Source: an uncultured Gammaproteobacteria bacterium
GTDB lineage: Bacteria; Patescibacteriota; Patescibacteriia; UBA9570
Reading direction: 5' to 3'
Length of the DNA stretch: 64,000 nt
Assembly (NCBI GenBank): GCA_964385285.1
Contig: CAYLOJ010000001.1
Coordinates: 88,537 to 152,536, forward strand
Shown one piece after another: positions 1 through 10,130 of the stretch. Under the pieces are notes generated by a model. It was not told the DNA's origin. It worked only from the letters and a program-made list of their open reading frames with translations, and did no database searches. A program made the translations under genes and the position numbers. Position 1 is the first letter of the stretch. Every line of letters starts with the position of its first letter.

Positions 1-342
1 GAAGCCTCATTTAAAAATTGGTTGTTCATGATTGTTAAAAACCGAGTGGCGGATCACTGGAAGCAACACTACAGCCAACTCACCGTATCCCTCGAGGAAT
101 GGATAGGAAGTAATGACGAACCGATTGAGCTAGATGAGGCGCCACCCAACGTTGCCGCTGAAGACGCTGCCAAAGCCTTGCTCGCACAGTTACCACCGGA
201 CTATCGCTCAGTACTAGAATATCGCTTCCTCCATGGATATAGCATCAAGGAAACGGCCGAAGCACTACACATTAGCGAAAGCAACGCCAAAATTCGACAA
301 TACCGTGCACTACTACTGGCTAAACAACTCACTCACCTATGA
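1..342 (+). CDS. ECF-type sigma-70 family factor, C-terminal part (gene begins upstream of window)
   Basis: Translation carries a sigma-70 region 4 helix-turn-helix (LPPDYRSVLEYRFLHGYSIKETAEALHISESNAKIRQYRALLL). It is preceded by a region 2.4-like segment (IVKNRVADHWKQ). Only the distal ~105 aa lie in the window. Confidence 0.6.
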   Translation, partial: EASFKNWLFMIVKNRVADHWKQHYSQLTVSLEEWIGSNDEPIELDEAPPNVAAEDAAKALLAQLPPDYRSVLEYRFLHGYSIKETAEALHISESNAKIRQYRALLLAKQLTHL

Positions 343-764
343 ACCAAGATTACTCCCCAACTGAATTAGCCCAAGCCGAACGATTGGAACACTATCTTAG
401 CGAGTTAGCGCACAAAAAAATTGCTCCAAACGATGCTGCAGCTGAAGATAGCGATCTTTATCGATTAGCTCGTCGACTAGCGGTGAGTACCGTACAGCCG
501 CGACTTTTAATCCAACCTACAGTTAAACGCTTTAGTTTGCGTAAAGCACTGTTTGCTTTAACCCCTTTACCACTCATTGCTGCTGCCGCAGTTGGTTATC
601 TGATGTTGAGAACCGACTCGACGCCTCGCGCTGTAGATGTCAGCACTGATCTTGCCATGATCGATGACAGTACAGATGACTTATTAGCACTTGAACGTGA
701 TTTGGATCAATCCTTAAACGAGATTGACTTGCTAACCTCAACTGATTATCTAGACCAACTATGA
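339..764 (+). CDS. Putative membrane-anchored anti-sigma factor
   Basis: Overlaps the sigma factor stop by 4 bp (ATGA), giving operon coupling. It has one central transmembrane helix (ALFALTPLPLIAAAAVGYLML) and an acidic C-terminus. The call rests on position and topology only. Confidence 0.35.
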   Translation: MNQDYSPTELAQAERLEHYLSELAHKKIAPNDAAAEDSDLYRLARRLAVSTVQPRLLIQPTVKRFSLRKALFALTPLPLIAAAAVGYLMLRTDSTPRAVDVSTDLAMIDDSTDDLLALERDLDQSLNEIDLLTSTDYLDQL

Positions 765-1543
765 AATCTTTTCTCGTTACCCTCTCTCTTTTTGCCTTGC
801 CGTTGGTTACATCGGCGCAAGTGCAGACAGCAAATCAGCTATCGTCGTTAAAAAATCGCCCTCTGATTAATGCGACGGAGCGTGCAGAGCTACGCGCTGA
901 GCGCCGCGAGCAGTTGCAAAACCAGCGACCCATTGATCCCCAAGTTGCTACCGAGACTGATCATTCAACTGCACTGCAAGCCTTAAGATCACGGCGTCCA
1001 GCGAATGCCATTGAAGCAGTACAGATCCATGAAGAGGTGATTAATGAACGCATTCAGCAGTTGCAGGACAACGACCGTATACCAGAGGAGAAAAAAACTG
1101 AGTTAATCCAAAAATTGTCAGATGAGTTAGCTTGGATGCAAGACAAAAATACCGCCCTTCAAAATGCTGATACCATGGAAGAGCGCCAGGCAATTCGCAA
1201 GGAGATTGCGACACATGCCCATACTGAGCAACAAAATCGGCGTCAGACATTAGCCAAGGCCATTACGCTTCCGGAACAATCACCAGCAGTAATTGCGCAA
1301 CAGATCAATGATCGCTTCACTCAAATTAGTGATCGCTTAGAACGTACTGGAAAAGACACTACGGCACTTAATGCGGCTATTACGCAATACCAGACAGCGG
1401 TAACCAATCTCTCTAACAGCTATACTGCAGCGCAATCAGATCAAACTGTGGAGACGCTACAGCAATTGCGCGATAGCATTGAGGCGGTACGAACCTCTGG
1501 CGAGCAGGTGCGTAACGCCATACAGTCTTTACTTGAGTACTAA
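761..1543 (+). CDS. Secreted coiled-coil hypothetical protein
   Basis: N-terminal signal peptide (MKSFLVTLSLFALPLVTSAQ). The protein is Gln/Glu/Arg-rich with predicted coiled coil. It overlaps its neighbours by 4 bp. Confidence 0.4.
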   Translation: MKSFLVTLSLFALPLVTSAQVQTANQLSSLKNRPLINATERAELRAERREQLQNQRPIDPQVATETDHSTALQALRSRRPANAIEAVQIHEEVINERIQQLQDNDRIPEEKKTELIQKLSDELAWMQDKNTALQNADTMEERQAIRKEIATHAHTEQQNRRQTLAKAITLPEQSPAVIAQQINDRFTQISDRLERTGKDTTALNAAITQYQTAVTNLSNSYTAAQSDQTVETLQQLRDSIEAVRTSGEQVRNAIQSLLEY

Positions 1544-2640
1544 TGATTAAGCCACATACTATGAAAAAAATGTTTTGGTCGTTGCTCATCGCACCGACAG
1601 TCGCACTCGGACTTACGGGTTCGCTAGCAGCCCAGGCCAACAGCGGGGCACATGATCTGCAAGCTGAACTTGTACAGTCGTTGCCCGATTACGACTCTGC
1701 ACGATTATTTAAACACCATCGTCATTTATTTGCCGCTGTGAGCAATGCGGACAACACCATGAGTATCTACACCGCCAACAAACGCGGAAATCTTTGGGAG
1801 CTAATGGATACCGACGCTGATTCGATCGCTAATTTTGCATCCAACAACAGCGCAATCACCTCGTTTGCGGTTCATGGTCGAAACCTGTATGCCGGCACCA
1901 TCAGTAGTGATGGAGTTGCAGAAGTATGGTCCATCCCAACGAATGCCCGGCCAGCAACCTGGGAGCAAGTTGGCGCGACCGGATTAGGCGATGCCGATAA
2001 TACTAGTGTTATTGATCTATTCCAAATTCCTGGACAAGGCTTGTTTGCTGTCACGGCAAATCCAGCTGGTAATGGATTATTCCAATTGGTCGACGGAACA
2101 TGGGAGCAGATTGGAGAGTACGGATTCGGCGTAGAATTAACTGACGCATTGGCAGCCAGTGATGTTCGAGTAGTCGGTGATGTCGTCAATATTGCCAGCA
2201 GCGCTGGTATTGTTTATCAAGCAGATGCGTCGAATTTAGAGAGCTGGACTGCCATTCACGATTTCGGAGTTGAGATTACTGCCATGCGCGGACGCTTTGT
2301 AGCGACTACAGAAGATGGGGTAGCCAAAATTTATGAAAGTGATGCTGATAATCTCTACCAACAAGTCGGAGAGAACGATCTTGATCAAGCAACCAATGAG
2401 GAGGTAACACGGTTCGTGAATATCTCGCGTCACCCAGCAGTACTAGTTAAGAATTCAACCGATGGTGCTGCGTTGTACCAATACCAACCCGATACTGAAA
2501 CATGGGAAAGCCAAGTTTCTGATGGCTTTGGGAATGCAAATAATGCTAGTGCTACAGGTGTAATCTGGTATCATAGCGATCGCTTTATCGCTACAGTGAA
2601 TACCGAAGACGGATCAGAGATCTACCGTTTGGAACGGTAA
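1543..2640 (+). CDS. Secreted hypothetical protein (possible beta-propeller-like)
   Basis: Signal peptide (LLIAPTVALGLTGSLAAQA). The 365-aa product is Gly/Asp/Thr-rich with repeated motifs (VGDVVNIASSAG, IYESDADNLYQ). No recognisable catalytic motif. Confidence 0.4.
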   Translation: MIKPHTMKKMFWSLLIAPTVALGLTGSLAAQANSGAHDLQAELVQSLPDYDSARLFKHHRHLFAAVSNADNTMSIYTANKRGNLWELMDTDADSIANFASNNSAITSFAVHGRNLYAGTISSDGVAEVWSIPTNARPATWEQVGATGLGDADNTSVIDLFQIPGQGLFAVTANPAGNGLFQLVDGTWEQIGEYGFGVELTDALAASDVRVVGDVVNIASSAGIVYQADASNLESWTAIHDFGVEITAMRGRFVATTEDGVAKIYESDADNLYQQVGENDLDQATNEEVTRFVNISRHPAVLVKNSTDGAALYQYQPDTETWESQVSDGFGNANNASATGVIWYHSDRFIATVNTEDGSEIYRLER

Positions 2641-2672
2641 GCGATATACAGAAATAAAAACAGAAATCAGCC

Positions 2673-2706
2673 AGTAGAGACGCATTCCAATGCGTCTCTA
2701 CTTTTG
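2673..2706 (+). terminator. Rho-independent terminator hairpin
   Basis: AGTAGAGACGCAT-tcca-ATGCGTCTCTACT forms a 13-bp perfect stem followed by TTTT. It lies 30 nt after the stop of the 1543..2640 gene. Confidence 0.55.
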
Positions 2707-2728
2707 CATACGATAAGAATAGAGTAAA

Positions 2729-2757
2729 TTGACCTAAACCAAAAATTGTGAAACAAT
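2729..2757 (+). promoter_or_regulatory. Putative sigma70-like promoter for gatB (leaderless-type)
   Basis: TTGACC (2729-2734), a 17-bp spacer, AACAAT (2752-2757), then 9 nt to the ATG at 2767. No Shine-Dalgarno motif present. Confidence 0.3.
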
Positions 2758-2766
2758 AGTGCCCAT

Positions 2767-4272
2767 ATGGCACAAACCTATGAAGCAGTCATCGGCCTAG
2801 AAATTCATGTTCAGCTGAACACAAAGTCGAAGATGTTTTCTGCAGATTCGAATGCAGATTCCTTAGAACCCAATGTCCATGTGAATCCTACCTCCATGGG
2901 CCATCCTGGTACATTACCAGTTTTAAATGCAGCCGCCGTGGACATGGCCATCATGGCTGGCTTGGCACTGAATTGCAAAATTGCTGAATACACTAAGTTT
3001 GATCGTAAACAATATTTTTATCCTGACCTCCCAAAGGGTTATCAGATTTCCCAGCACGATCTACCCATCTGTCAGGACGGCCATCTCACGATCTACGAAG
3101 ATGATGTAACGCCGCTCACCATTGGCATTGAACGCATCCACATGGAAGAGGATGCTGCAAAAAATGTCCACATGGCAACTGCCACATTAGTAGACTTTAA
3201 CCGCGCGGGTTGTCCGTTAATTGAAATCGTGACTCGCCCTGATTTGCGCACTCCTAAACAAGCACGTGTATTTTTACAGGAGTTACAGATGTTGATTCGC
3301 TACTTAGGAATCTCAGATGCGGATATGGAAAAAGGTCATATGCGCATGGATGTAAATATTTCGTTGCGCCCCGTCGGTGATGACGCCTTGTATCCACGCA
3401 CAGAGATTAAAAATATGAACTCCTTCAAAGCAGCTGAACGGGCTTTGATCTACGAAATTGAGCATCAGACTGAATTATGGGAGAAACATCAGGCGCCTGA
3501 GCGACATCGTACCTGTGGGTGGGACGATGCTGCTGGAGTAACCTTAGAGCAGCGCACGAAGGAAGAAGCCGCGGATTACCGTTATTTCCCCGAACCCGAT
3601 ATTCCACCACTGCGGATTTCCCAAGAAAAAATTGACGGTATTTTTAAACGGTTACCAGAATTACCACAACAGCGCCGTGACCGCTTCCGTGAGGAGTACT
3701 TTTTATCCTATTACGATGCCAAGGTATTAACCGCCGACCCACGCGTAGCTGAATACTATGAGGATACCGTATCGGAATTGCGTAGCTGGCTGAGTTCATT
3801 AGATAACAGCGAAGGTAGTGACGATGAGATTTGGCAACGTGAAGGGGAGAAGTTGTGTCGCCAAGTATCCAATTGGATTACATCAGAATTATTTGGACAA
3901 CTTGCTAAGGCAAAGTTGGATTTTGCTAGTTTGAAGATTACTCCAGAAAATCTGGCTGAATTTATTAGCTTGCTCCATCAAAACAAAGTCAACTCATCAG
4001 CCGCGCAGACGATTTTGAAAGACATGTTTGAACGCGGCTCTGACCCTTCACAAGTGATGGCCGAATTAGATTTAGAACAGGTTCATGATACGGATGCGCT
4101 GGGTAAAGTCTGCGACGATGTGATTGCTACTAACCCACAAATTGTGGAACAATATAAAGCTGGTCGTGAGCGGGTATTAATGTTCTTAGTTGGTCAAGCC
4201 ATGAAAGCGATGAAAGGTAAAGCCAACCCAGAAAGTATCACAGCGCTACTGCGTGAAAAATTAAAGTCTTAA
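2767..4272 (+). CDS. gatB: Asp-tRNA(Asn)/Glu-tRNA(Gln) amidotransferase subunit B
   Basis: N-terminus MAQTYEAVIGLEIHVQLNTKSKMFS and overall length (501 aa) are characteristic of GatB. A C-terminal YqeY-like tail is present. Confidence 0.9.
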   Translation: MAQTYEAVIGLEIHVQLNTKSKMFSADSNADSLEPNVHVNPTSMGHPGTLPVLNAAAVDMAIMAGLALNCKIAEYTKFDRKQYFYPDLPKGYQISQHDLPICQDGHLTIYEDDVTPLTIGIERIHMEEDAAKNVHMATATLVDFNRAGCPLIEIVTRPDLRTPKQARVFLQELQMLIRYLGISDADMEKGHMRMDVNISLRPVGDDALYPRTEIKNMNSFKAAERALIYEIEHQTELWEKHQAPERHRTCGWDDAAGVTLEQRTKEEAADYRYFPEPDIPPLRISQEKIDGIFKRLPELPQQRRDRFREEYFLSYYDAKVLTADPRVAEYYEDTVSELRSWLSSLDNSEGSDDEIWQREGEKLCRQVSNWITSELFGQLAKAKLDFASLKITPENLAEFISLLHQNKVNSSAAQTILKDMFERGSDPSQVMAELDLEQVHDTDALGKVCDDVIATNPQIVEQYKAGRERVLMFLVGQAMKAMKGKANPESITALLREKLKS

Positions 4273-4285
4273 CTGTTAATTCACT

Positions 4286-4849
4286 TTGATTATGATTACA
4301 ATCGTTTCTGGTTTGCCACGCTCCGGGACATCACTGATGATGAAAATGCTTGAAGCAGGCGGTATTCCTGCTTTAATCGATGAGGTACGGACGGCTGATA
4401 TTGATAACCCCAAAGGTTACTATGAATACGAGCGGGTTAAGCAATTACCCAATGATGTTGCTTGGCTACCCGATGCTGAAGGTAAAGCTGTGAAAATGGT
4501 CTCAATGTTACTCTATGAATTACCGAAAGATCGCACCTACCAAGTTGTTTTCATGCGTCGCGCCATGCCAGAAATTTTGGCCTCCCAGAAAAAAATGCTG
4601 CTGCGTCGTAATAAAGATATGCACGTGGATGATGCCGAAATGAAGGAGCTCTTTGAGAGTCACCTGGGAAATATTCAAGCTTGGTTAAAGGAACAAACCC
4701 ACCTCCGTGTCCTAGAAATTTGGTACAACGATATGATGAAGCAACCAGCTGCTGAGGCTAAACGCATCAACGAATTTTTAGGTGGACAACTCAACGAAAG
4801 TGCAATGGCCGGCACCGTAGATGAGACCCTTTACAGAAATCGGGGATAG
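4286..4849 (+). CDS. Sulfotransferase-family protein (P-loop PAPS-binding type)
   Basis: LPRSGTSLMMKML matches the 5'-PSB motif of sulfotransferases. Size 187 aa. Confidence 0.5.
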   Translation: MIMITIVSGLPRSGTSLMMKMLEAGGIPALIDEVRTADIDNPKGYYEYERVKQLPNDVAWLPDAEGKAVKMVSMLLYELPKDRTYQVVFMRRAMPEILASQKKMLLRRNKDMHVDDAEMKELFESHLGNIQAWLKEQTHLRVLEIWYNDMMKQPAAEAKRINEFLGGQLNESAMAGTVDETLYRNRG

Positions 4850-4912
4850 GGTTATTATAGCTGGCGATGTACACAGCAAAACTCGCCTCATTCATCATCA
4901 CACATTAAGCCG

Positions 4913-4938
4913 ACGGGCCCCATTTGGGGTCCGTTTTT
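4913..4938 (+). terminator. Putative terminator hairpin
   Basis: ACGGGCCCC-attt-GGGGTCCGT is a 9-bp stem with one mismatch, followed by TTTTT. It sits between the sulfotransferase and the codA-like gene. Confidence 0.35.
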
Positions 4939-5935
4939 GAAAAACATTTATTTTATGCCTCAACCGTACGATCTCAAAACAATTTTTTTAGACAAAGTCA
5001 ACGCTAAAGGTGGCTTCGTCAATTGTCATGCGCATTTTGACAAAGCTTTTTTGATTAATGAGCAAAACCTTCTACAGTCACAGATGGACATGGAAGCAAA
5101 GTGGCATCTCTATAAAGAACTGAAGAAAAACTATACTCCTGAAGATCTCCGCACCCGCATTCGTGAAGGAATGAATCGGATGGTAGCGCAAAATGTAAAA
5201 TATGTCCGTTCATTTATCGATATCGATAGTACAGTCGGTTTGAAGTGCTTGGAAGCCGCTTTAGAGGTCAAAAAGGAGTTCGCGGGTAAATGTGAACTGA
5301 TTATCGTCTCTCAGACCCTAGAGGGAGTAGTGAAGCCGGAGAGTCGCAAATGGATCGAACAAGCCGCTCCGTTAGTGGATGTGATTGGAGGTCTACCGAG
5401 TTATGATCGTCCGCGCGAAGCAGAGCATTTAGATATTATCTTCGAGTTAGCCAAAAAATACGGTAAGCAAGTGGATGTGCATATTGATCAAGAAAACAAT
5501 CCAGGTGAGCGTGATACTGAACTGTTAGCTAAAAAGGTGATTGAGCACGGATTGCAAGGCAGAGTAAACGCTGTGCATGTCATTTCGTTATCTGCCCAAG
5601 ATGAAGATTACTTTCAACATGTCTTGAAATTAATGGTAGAAGCTAAGCTAAATGTGATCTGCTGCCCAGGAGCTGCTCTTGGCATGAAGCAGTTACGCGA
5701 AAAAACTGCACCGGTCCATAACTCCATCGCGCGTGTTCCTGAATTTTTGGAGGCCGGGCTAACTGTGGCCATCGGCACGGACAATATTCATGACTTCTTC
5801 CAGCCATTTATCGATGGTGATCTCTATACCGAAGCACGGATGCTGATGGAAGGCTGTCGCTTTTATAACTTAGATGCTTTAGTAGAAATCTGTACAACTA
5901 ACGGTTTGAAATTATGCCAAAATCTGCGCAGTTAA
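4937..5935 (+). CDS. Cytosine deaminase-like amidohydrolase
   Basis: HxH metal site (NCHAHFDK). Blocks VDVHIDQENNPGERDTELLA ... VAIGTDNIHDFFQPF align with the E. coli CodA blocks [20 protein letters not shown] ... VCFGHDDVFDPWYPL. Overlaps the carA start by 22 bp. Confidence 0.6.
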   Translation: MKNIYFMPQPYDLKTIFLDKVNAKGGFVNCHAHFDKAFLINEQNLLQSQMDMEAKWHLYKELKKNYTPEDLRTRIREGMNRMVAQNVKYVRSFIDIDSTVGLKCLEAALEVKKEFAGKCELIIVSQTLEGVVKPESRKWIEQAAPLVDVIGGLPSYDRPREAEHLDIIFELAKKYGKQVDVHIDQENNPGERDTELLAKKVIEHGLQGRVNAVHVISLSAQDEDYFQHVLKLMVEAKLNVICCPGAALGMKQLREKTAPVHNSIARVPEFLEAGLTVAIGTDNIHDFFQPFIDGDLYTEARMLMEGCRFYNLDALVEICTTNGLKLCQNLRS

Positions 5936-6966
5936 TTTTGAGTGATGGCACTGTATTTGCGGGAAGTTCGTTTGGCTTTGACGGCAATCGCGACGGCGAG
6001 GTTGTCTTTAATACCAGTATGGTGGGCTATCCTGAAACATTGACCGACCCATCTTATCGTGGTCAAATCTTAACGCTCACATACCCGTTAGTCGGTAGTT
6101 ATGGAGTACCGGATATTTCAACATTAGAATCAAATCAGATACAAGTCTCTGGTTTAATCGTCACTGAATACATTGATCATTATTCCCACTGGGAGGCCAA
6201 ACAATCCCTTGGCCAGTGGCTCATCAAAAATAAAGTACCAGCCATTACTGGAATCGATACACGAGCGCTCACCAAAAAGCTGCGCGATCATGGCGTCATG
6301 CTGGGACGCATCCAGGTTGGCAGTCATCGCACTACGGGTCCATTAATTGATCCAAATACAACGAACCTAGTCGCTCAGGTGAGTTGCACAAAACCGAAAA
6401 TGTATGGTCGTGGCAAAAAAACAGTTATGGTGGTGGATTGCGGGGTTAAAGAAAGTATTATTCGCAATTTTGTCGACCGTGGTGTTAAAGTTAAACGCGT
6501 TCCCTGGGATTATAATTTTGTACCAGAGTTACCCAAAGTAGACGGCTTATTTATCTCTAACGGACCAGGTGACCCCACGCAATGCGTTCCGACCATTCAG
6601 CATCTCAAGGAGGCGTTCAAAACGAATTTACCAATTTTTGGAATCTGCTTAGGCAGTCAAATTCAAGGGCTAGCAGCTGGTGCCAAAACCTATAAATTGA
6701 AATTTGGCCATCGTGCTCAAAATCAGCCCTGCGTGATTGAAGGAACCCAACATTGTTTATTGACCTCACAAAATCACGGATTTGCTGTGGATGAGGCAAC
6801 TCTACCCAGTAGTTGGAAAGTGTGGTTTCGCAATGCCAATGATCATTCTGTAGAGGGAATAAAACATCGCACTAAACCCTGGTGGTCTGTACAGTTTCAT
6901 CCGGAAGCCACGCCGGGGCCAAATGATGCCAACCTATTATTCGATGAATTTGTTAGTATTTTATGA
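5914..6966 (+). CDS. carA: Carbamoyl-phosphate synthase small (glutaminase) subunit
   Basis: N-terminus LILSDGTVFAGSSFGF is typical of CarA. Glutamine amidotransferase class I with the catalytic Cys in GICLGSQ, and His/Glu near the C-terminus. Confidence 0.9.
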   Translation: MPKSAQLILSDGTVFAGSSFGFDGNRDGEVVFNTSMVGYPETLTDPSYRGQILTLTYPLVGSYGVPDISTLESNQIQVSGLIVTEYIDHYSHWEAKQSLGQWLIKNKVPAITGIDTRALTKKLRDHGVMLGRIQVGSHRTTGPLIDPNTTNLVAQVSCTKPKMYGRGKKTVMVVDCGVKESIIRNFVDRGVKVKRVPWDYNFVPELPKVDGLFISNGPGDPTQCVPTIQHLKEAFKTNLPIFGICLGSQIQGLAAGAKTYKLKFGHRAQNQPCVIEGTQHCLLTSQNHGFAVDEATLPSSWKVWFRNANDHSVEGIKHRTKPWWSVQFHPEATPGPNDANLLFDEFVSIL

Positions 6967-9900
6967 AACGTATCTCTAAACCGAAACGCATCTTAATTCT
7001 TGGTTCTGGCGGCTTACGCATTGGGCAAGCTGGAGAGTTTGATTACTCGGGTTCGCAAGCGATTAAAGCCTTTAAGAGCGAGGGGATTAAAACCATCTTA
7101 ATCAATCCCAATATCGCGACAGTGCAGACTGATCCTGATATGGCTGACGTGGTCTATTTTTTGCCATTAACCGTGCCATTTGTCGAAAAAGTTATTGCTA
7201 AAGAGCGCCCAGATGCCATTGCACTCAGCTTCGGCGGCCAAACAGCGTTAAATGTGGGCTTAGCATTAGAGGATGCTGGCATCCTAAAGAAGTACCATGT
7301 GCGTGTATTAGGAACTCCCACGAAGAGTATTCGGCTCACTGAAGATCGCGACCTATTTGCAAATGCCCTGAGAGCCATCGACATTACAGTGGCACGTAGC
7401 TATGCCGTCACCACTTTGGCCCAGGCACTAAAGGCTGCAAAAAAAATTGGCTATCCAATTATGATCCGTTCAGCCTTTGCCTTAGGTGGTGAGGGCTCTG
7501 CCAAAATCAAAGATGAAAAAATGTTGAAGTCTCGCGCAGCGGAAGCGTTGGCGAACGTACCGCAAATTTTGATCGAAGAATATTTAGGCGGCTGGAAGGA
7601 AGTTGAATATGAAGTGGTGCGCGACAATCAGGATAACTGCATTACAGTTTGCAACATGGAAAACTTGGATCCGATGGGGATTCACACGGGTGAAAGTATT
7701 GTAGTGGCGCCCTCACAAACATTGTCGAATGCGGAGTATCACATGCTACGCTCGGTTGCACAAACCGTCGTACGACATTTAGGCATCGTGGGTGAATGCA
7801 ATATTCAATATGCACTTGATCCACACTCCCATCGTTATCGTGTGATTGAGGTGAATGCACGCTTATCACGGAGTTCTGCGCTCGCTTCGAAAGCCACGGG
7901 CTACCCACTAGCTTATGTGGCGGCAAAATTAGCATTAGGATATGGATTGTTGGATCTCCAAAATTCTGTCACCAAATCCACAACCAGTTGCTTTGAGCCT
8001 GCCTTGGATTATGTCGCTATTAAAATTCCACGCTGGGATCTGAAAAAATTTAAATCTGCGGATCGCACCATTTCCACAGAGATGAAATCCGTGGGTGAGG
8101 TGATGGCCATCGGCCGCACCTTTGCTGAGGCACTGCAAAAGGGTATTCGCATGCTTGGATCCGGCGATGATGGTTTAGTGGCCAATGTACGTAAAAGTTA
8201 CGATTACATGTCCGATATTCAATTACCGACCGATCGTCGGCTGTTTGCCCTAGCCACCGCCCTGGAAGAAGGGGTGACCGTAAAACGTTTGCATGAAATA
8301 ACCAAGATCGACTACTGGTTCCTGTATCACTTCGAGACCATTGTGACCGCCGCCAAGCAGCTGAAACGCACAAAAACGTTAACTGCTGAGCATTTACGTG
8401 AGTTAAAGCGTTTGGGCTTTTCGGATGATCAAATCGCGCATCTGACTAAACAAACTTCCACACAGGTCCGACGACTACGCAAACGCTACGGCATTCAGCC
8501 AGTCGTTAAACAGATTGATACTTTAGCTGGTGAGTACCCTGCCCAAACCAATTATCTGTACTTCACTTACCATGGTACGGAACATGATGTTGCACCTACC
8601 CAAAATAGTACGATCGTGTTAGGCAGTGGGCCTTACCGGATCGGTTCAAGTGTGGAATTCGATTGGTGTTGTGTACAAGCGGTTAAAACGATTCGCGCAG
8701 AGAAACGCACTAGCATCATGGTGAATTGCAATCCTGAAACCGTATCCACCGACTACGATATTTCTGACCGCTTGTATTTTGAGGAGCTATCGCTCGAACG
8801 GGTATTAGATATTGTAGATTTTGAAACTCCGGAAGGTGTGATTATCTCGATGGGTGGCCAGGCTCCAAATAATTTAGCCATGGCACTGCAAGCCGCCAAA
8901 GTTCCCATTCTAGGAACTTCACCAAATGATATTGATCGTGCGGAAAATCGCTACATCTTTTCACAATTGCTTGATCAAATTGGTTTAGATCAGCCGAAGT
9001 GGAAAGAGGTCACGACAATCAAAGCAGCTAAGGAATTTGCAAAATCGGTTGGCTACCCAGTACTCATCCGACCATCTTACGTATTGTCCGGTGCTGCCAT
9101 GAACGTAGCAGTCACGCCAGAACATCTAGTGCATTACCTGGCTGAAGCCGCTGAAGTATCAAATCAATATCCAGTCGTGATCTCTAAATTTATCGAGGGA
9201 GCGCGCGAGATTGAATATGATGGTGTCGCTAAAGGTGGACAGTTAAAACTGTATGCGATGACCGAACATATCGAAAATGCTGGTGTACATTCGGGTGATG
9301 CCCATGCCGTTTTTCCACCCCAGCGTACCTATTTGGAAACCATCCGTCGCACCAAGCAACGTATGAAGCAGGTCGTCGAGGCACTGAACATCACCGGACC
9401 ATTCAATATTCAGTTCCTAGCTAAAGATAATGAGATTAAAATTATCGAATTAAACCTGCGTGCCTCCCGCAGCTTCCCGTTTGTTTCTAAATCCGCCAAA
9501 ATCAATTTCGCTGCCAAGGCAACTGAGGTGATGTTGGGTAAGGATATTGCAGTCGATTTCAAACGGTTTGATCTGGATTACGTCACCGTAAAAGCCCCTC
9601 AATTCTCCTATAGCCGCATCAAAGGAGCTGATCCGGTACTGTATGTCGAAATGGGCTCAACGGGTGAGGCAGCCGCCTTTGGGAATGGTTATCAAGAAGC
9701 AGTCATGAAGGCGATGTTGGCGACTGGCCACGTCATGCCAGAAAATAAAAAACTGTTGATTTCGGTAGGGAAGGATCTGCATAAAGCAATGCTTATTCCG
9801 TTCATGAAAAAACTGGCTAAACATGGTTTTACACTATACGCTACTGAAGGCACTGCTAAGTTTTATCGTAAACAGGGAATTAAAACGCTATTGGTAAAAA

Positions 9901-10130
9901 AAGGTAAGCCGGTCTTGAAGCTAATTGAAAAGAAAGGCATTGATTGCGTCATCAACATTCCGCGCCAATACACTCATCGAGAACTGACCGATGGCTTCCG
10001 GATACGTCGCGCCGCAGTGGATTGGCACATTCCACTGATCAGTAATGTCCAGATTGCCAAAATTTATAGTAATGCGATCTGTAACTTAACCTTTGATGAT
10101 CTTTTGATCAAAGCCTGGCATGAATACTAA
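6963..10130 (+). CDS. carB: Carbamoyl-phosphate synthase large subunit
   Basis: 1055 aa with two ATP-grasp halves (ILILGSGGLRIGQAGEFDYSG ; IVLGSGPYRIGSSVEFDWC) and an MGS-like C-terminal domain. Confidence 0.95.
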   Translation: MKRISKPKRILILGSGGLRIGQAGEFDYSGSQAIKAFKSEGIKTILINPNIATVQTDPDMADVVYFLPLTVPFVEKVIAKERPDAIALSFGGQTALNVGLALEDAGILKKYHVRVLGTPTKSIRLTEDRDLFANALRAIDITVARSYAVTTLAQALKAAKKIGYPIMIRSAFALGGEGSAKIKDEKMLKSRAAEALANVPQILIEEYLGGWKEVEYEVVRDNQDNCITVCNMENLDPMGIHTGESIVVAPSQTLSNAEYHMLRSVAQTVVRHLGIVGECNIQYALDPHSHRYRVIEVNARLSRSSALASKATGYPLAYVAAKLALGYGLLDLQNSVTKSTTSCFEPALDYVAIKIPRWDLKKFKSADRTISTEMKSVGEVMAIGRTFAEALQKGIRMLGSGDDGLVANVRKSYDYMSDIQLPTDRRLFALATALEEGVTVKRLHEITKIDYWFLYHFETIVTAAKQLKRTKTLTAEHLRELKRLGFSDDQIAHLTKQTSTQVRRLRKRYGIQPVVKQIDTLAGEYPAQTNYLYFTYHGTEHDVAPTQNSTIVLGSGPYRIGSSVEFDWCCVQAVKTIRAEKRTSIMVNCNPETVSTDYDISDRLYFEELSLERVLDIVDFETPEGVIISMGGQAPNNLAMALQAAKVPILGTSPNDIDRAENRYIFSQLLDQIGLDQPKWKEVTTIKAAKEFAKSVGYPVLIRPSYVLSGAAMNVAVTPEHLVHYLAEAAEVSNQYPVVISKFIEGAREIEYDGVAKGGQLKLYAMTEHIENAGVHSGDAHAVFPPQRTYLETIRRTKQRMKQVVEALNITGPFNIQFLAKDNEIKIIELNLRASRSFPFVSKSAKINFAAKATEVMLGKDIAVDFKRFDLDYVTVKAPQFSYSRIKGADPVLYVEMGSTGEAAAFGNGYQEAVMKAMLATGHVMPENKKLLISVGKDLHKAMLIPFMKKLAKHGFTLYATEGTAKFYRKQGIKTLLVKKGKPVLKLIEKKGIDCVINIPRQYTHRELTDGFRIRRAAVDWHIPLISNVQIAKIYSNAICNLTFDDLLIKAWHEY

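Noticed and set aside
1041-2433. Small antisense ORFs (1041..1250, 1413..1640, 1872..2189, 2236..2433) and similar 60-110-aa ORFs throughout the track
   Set aside because: All lie fully inside and opposite to longer ORFs with clear homology or signal peptides. They have no independent start context and show low-complexity translations.
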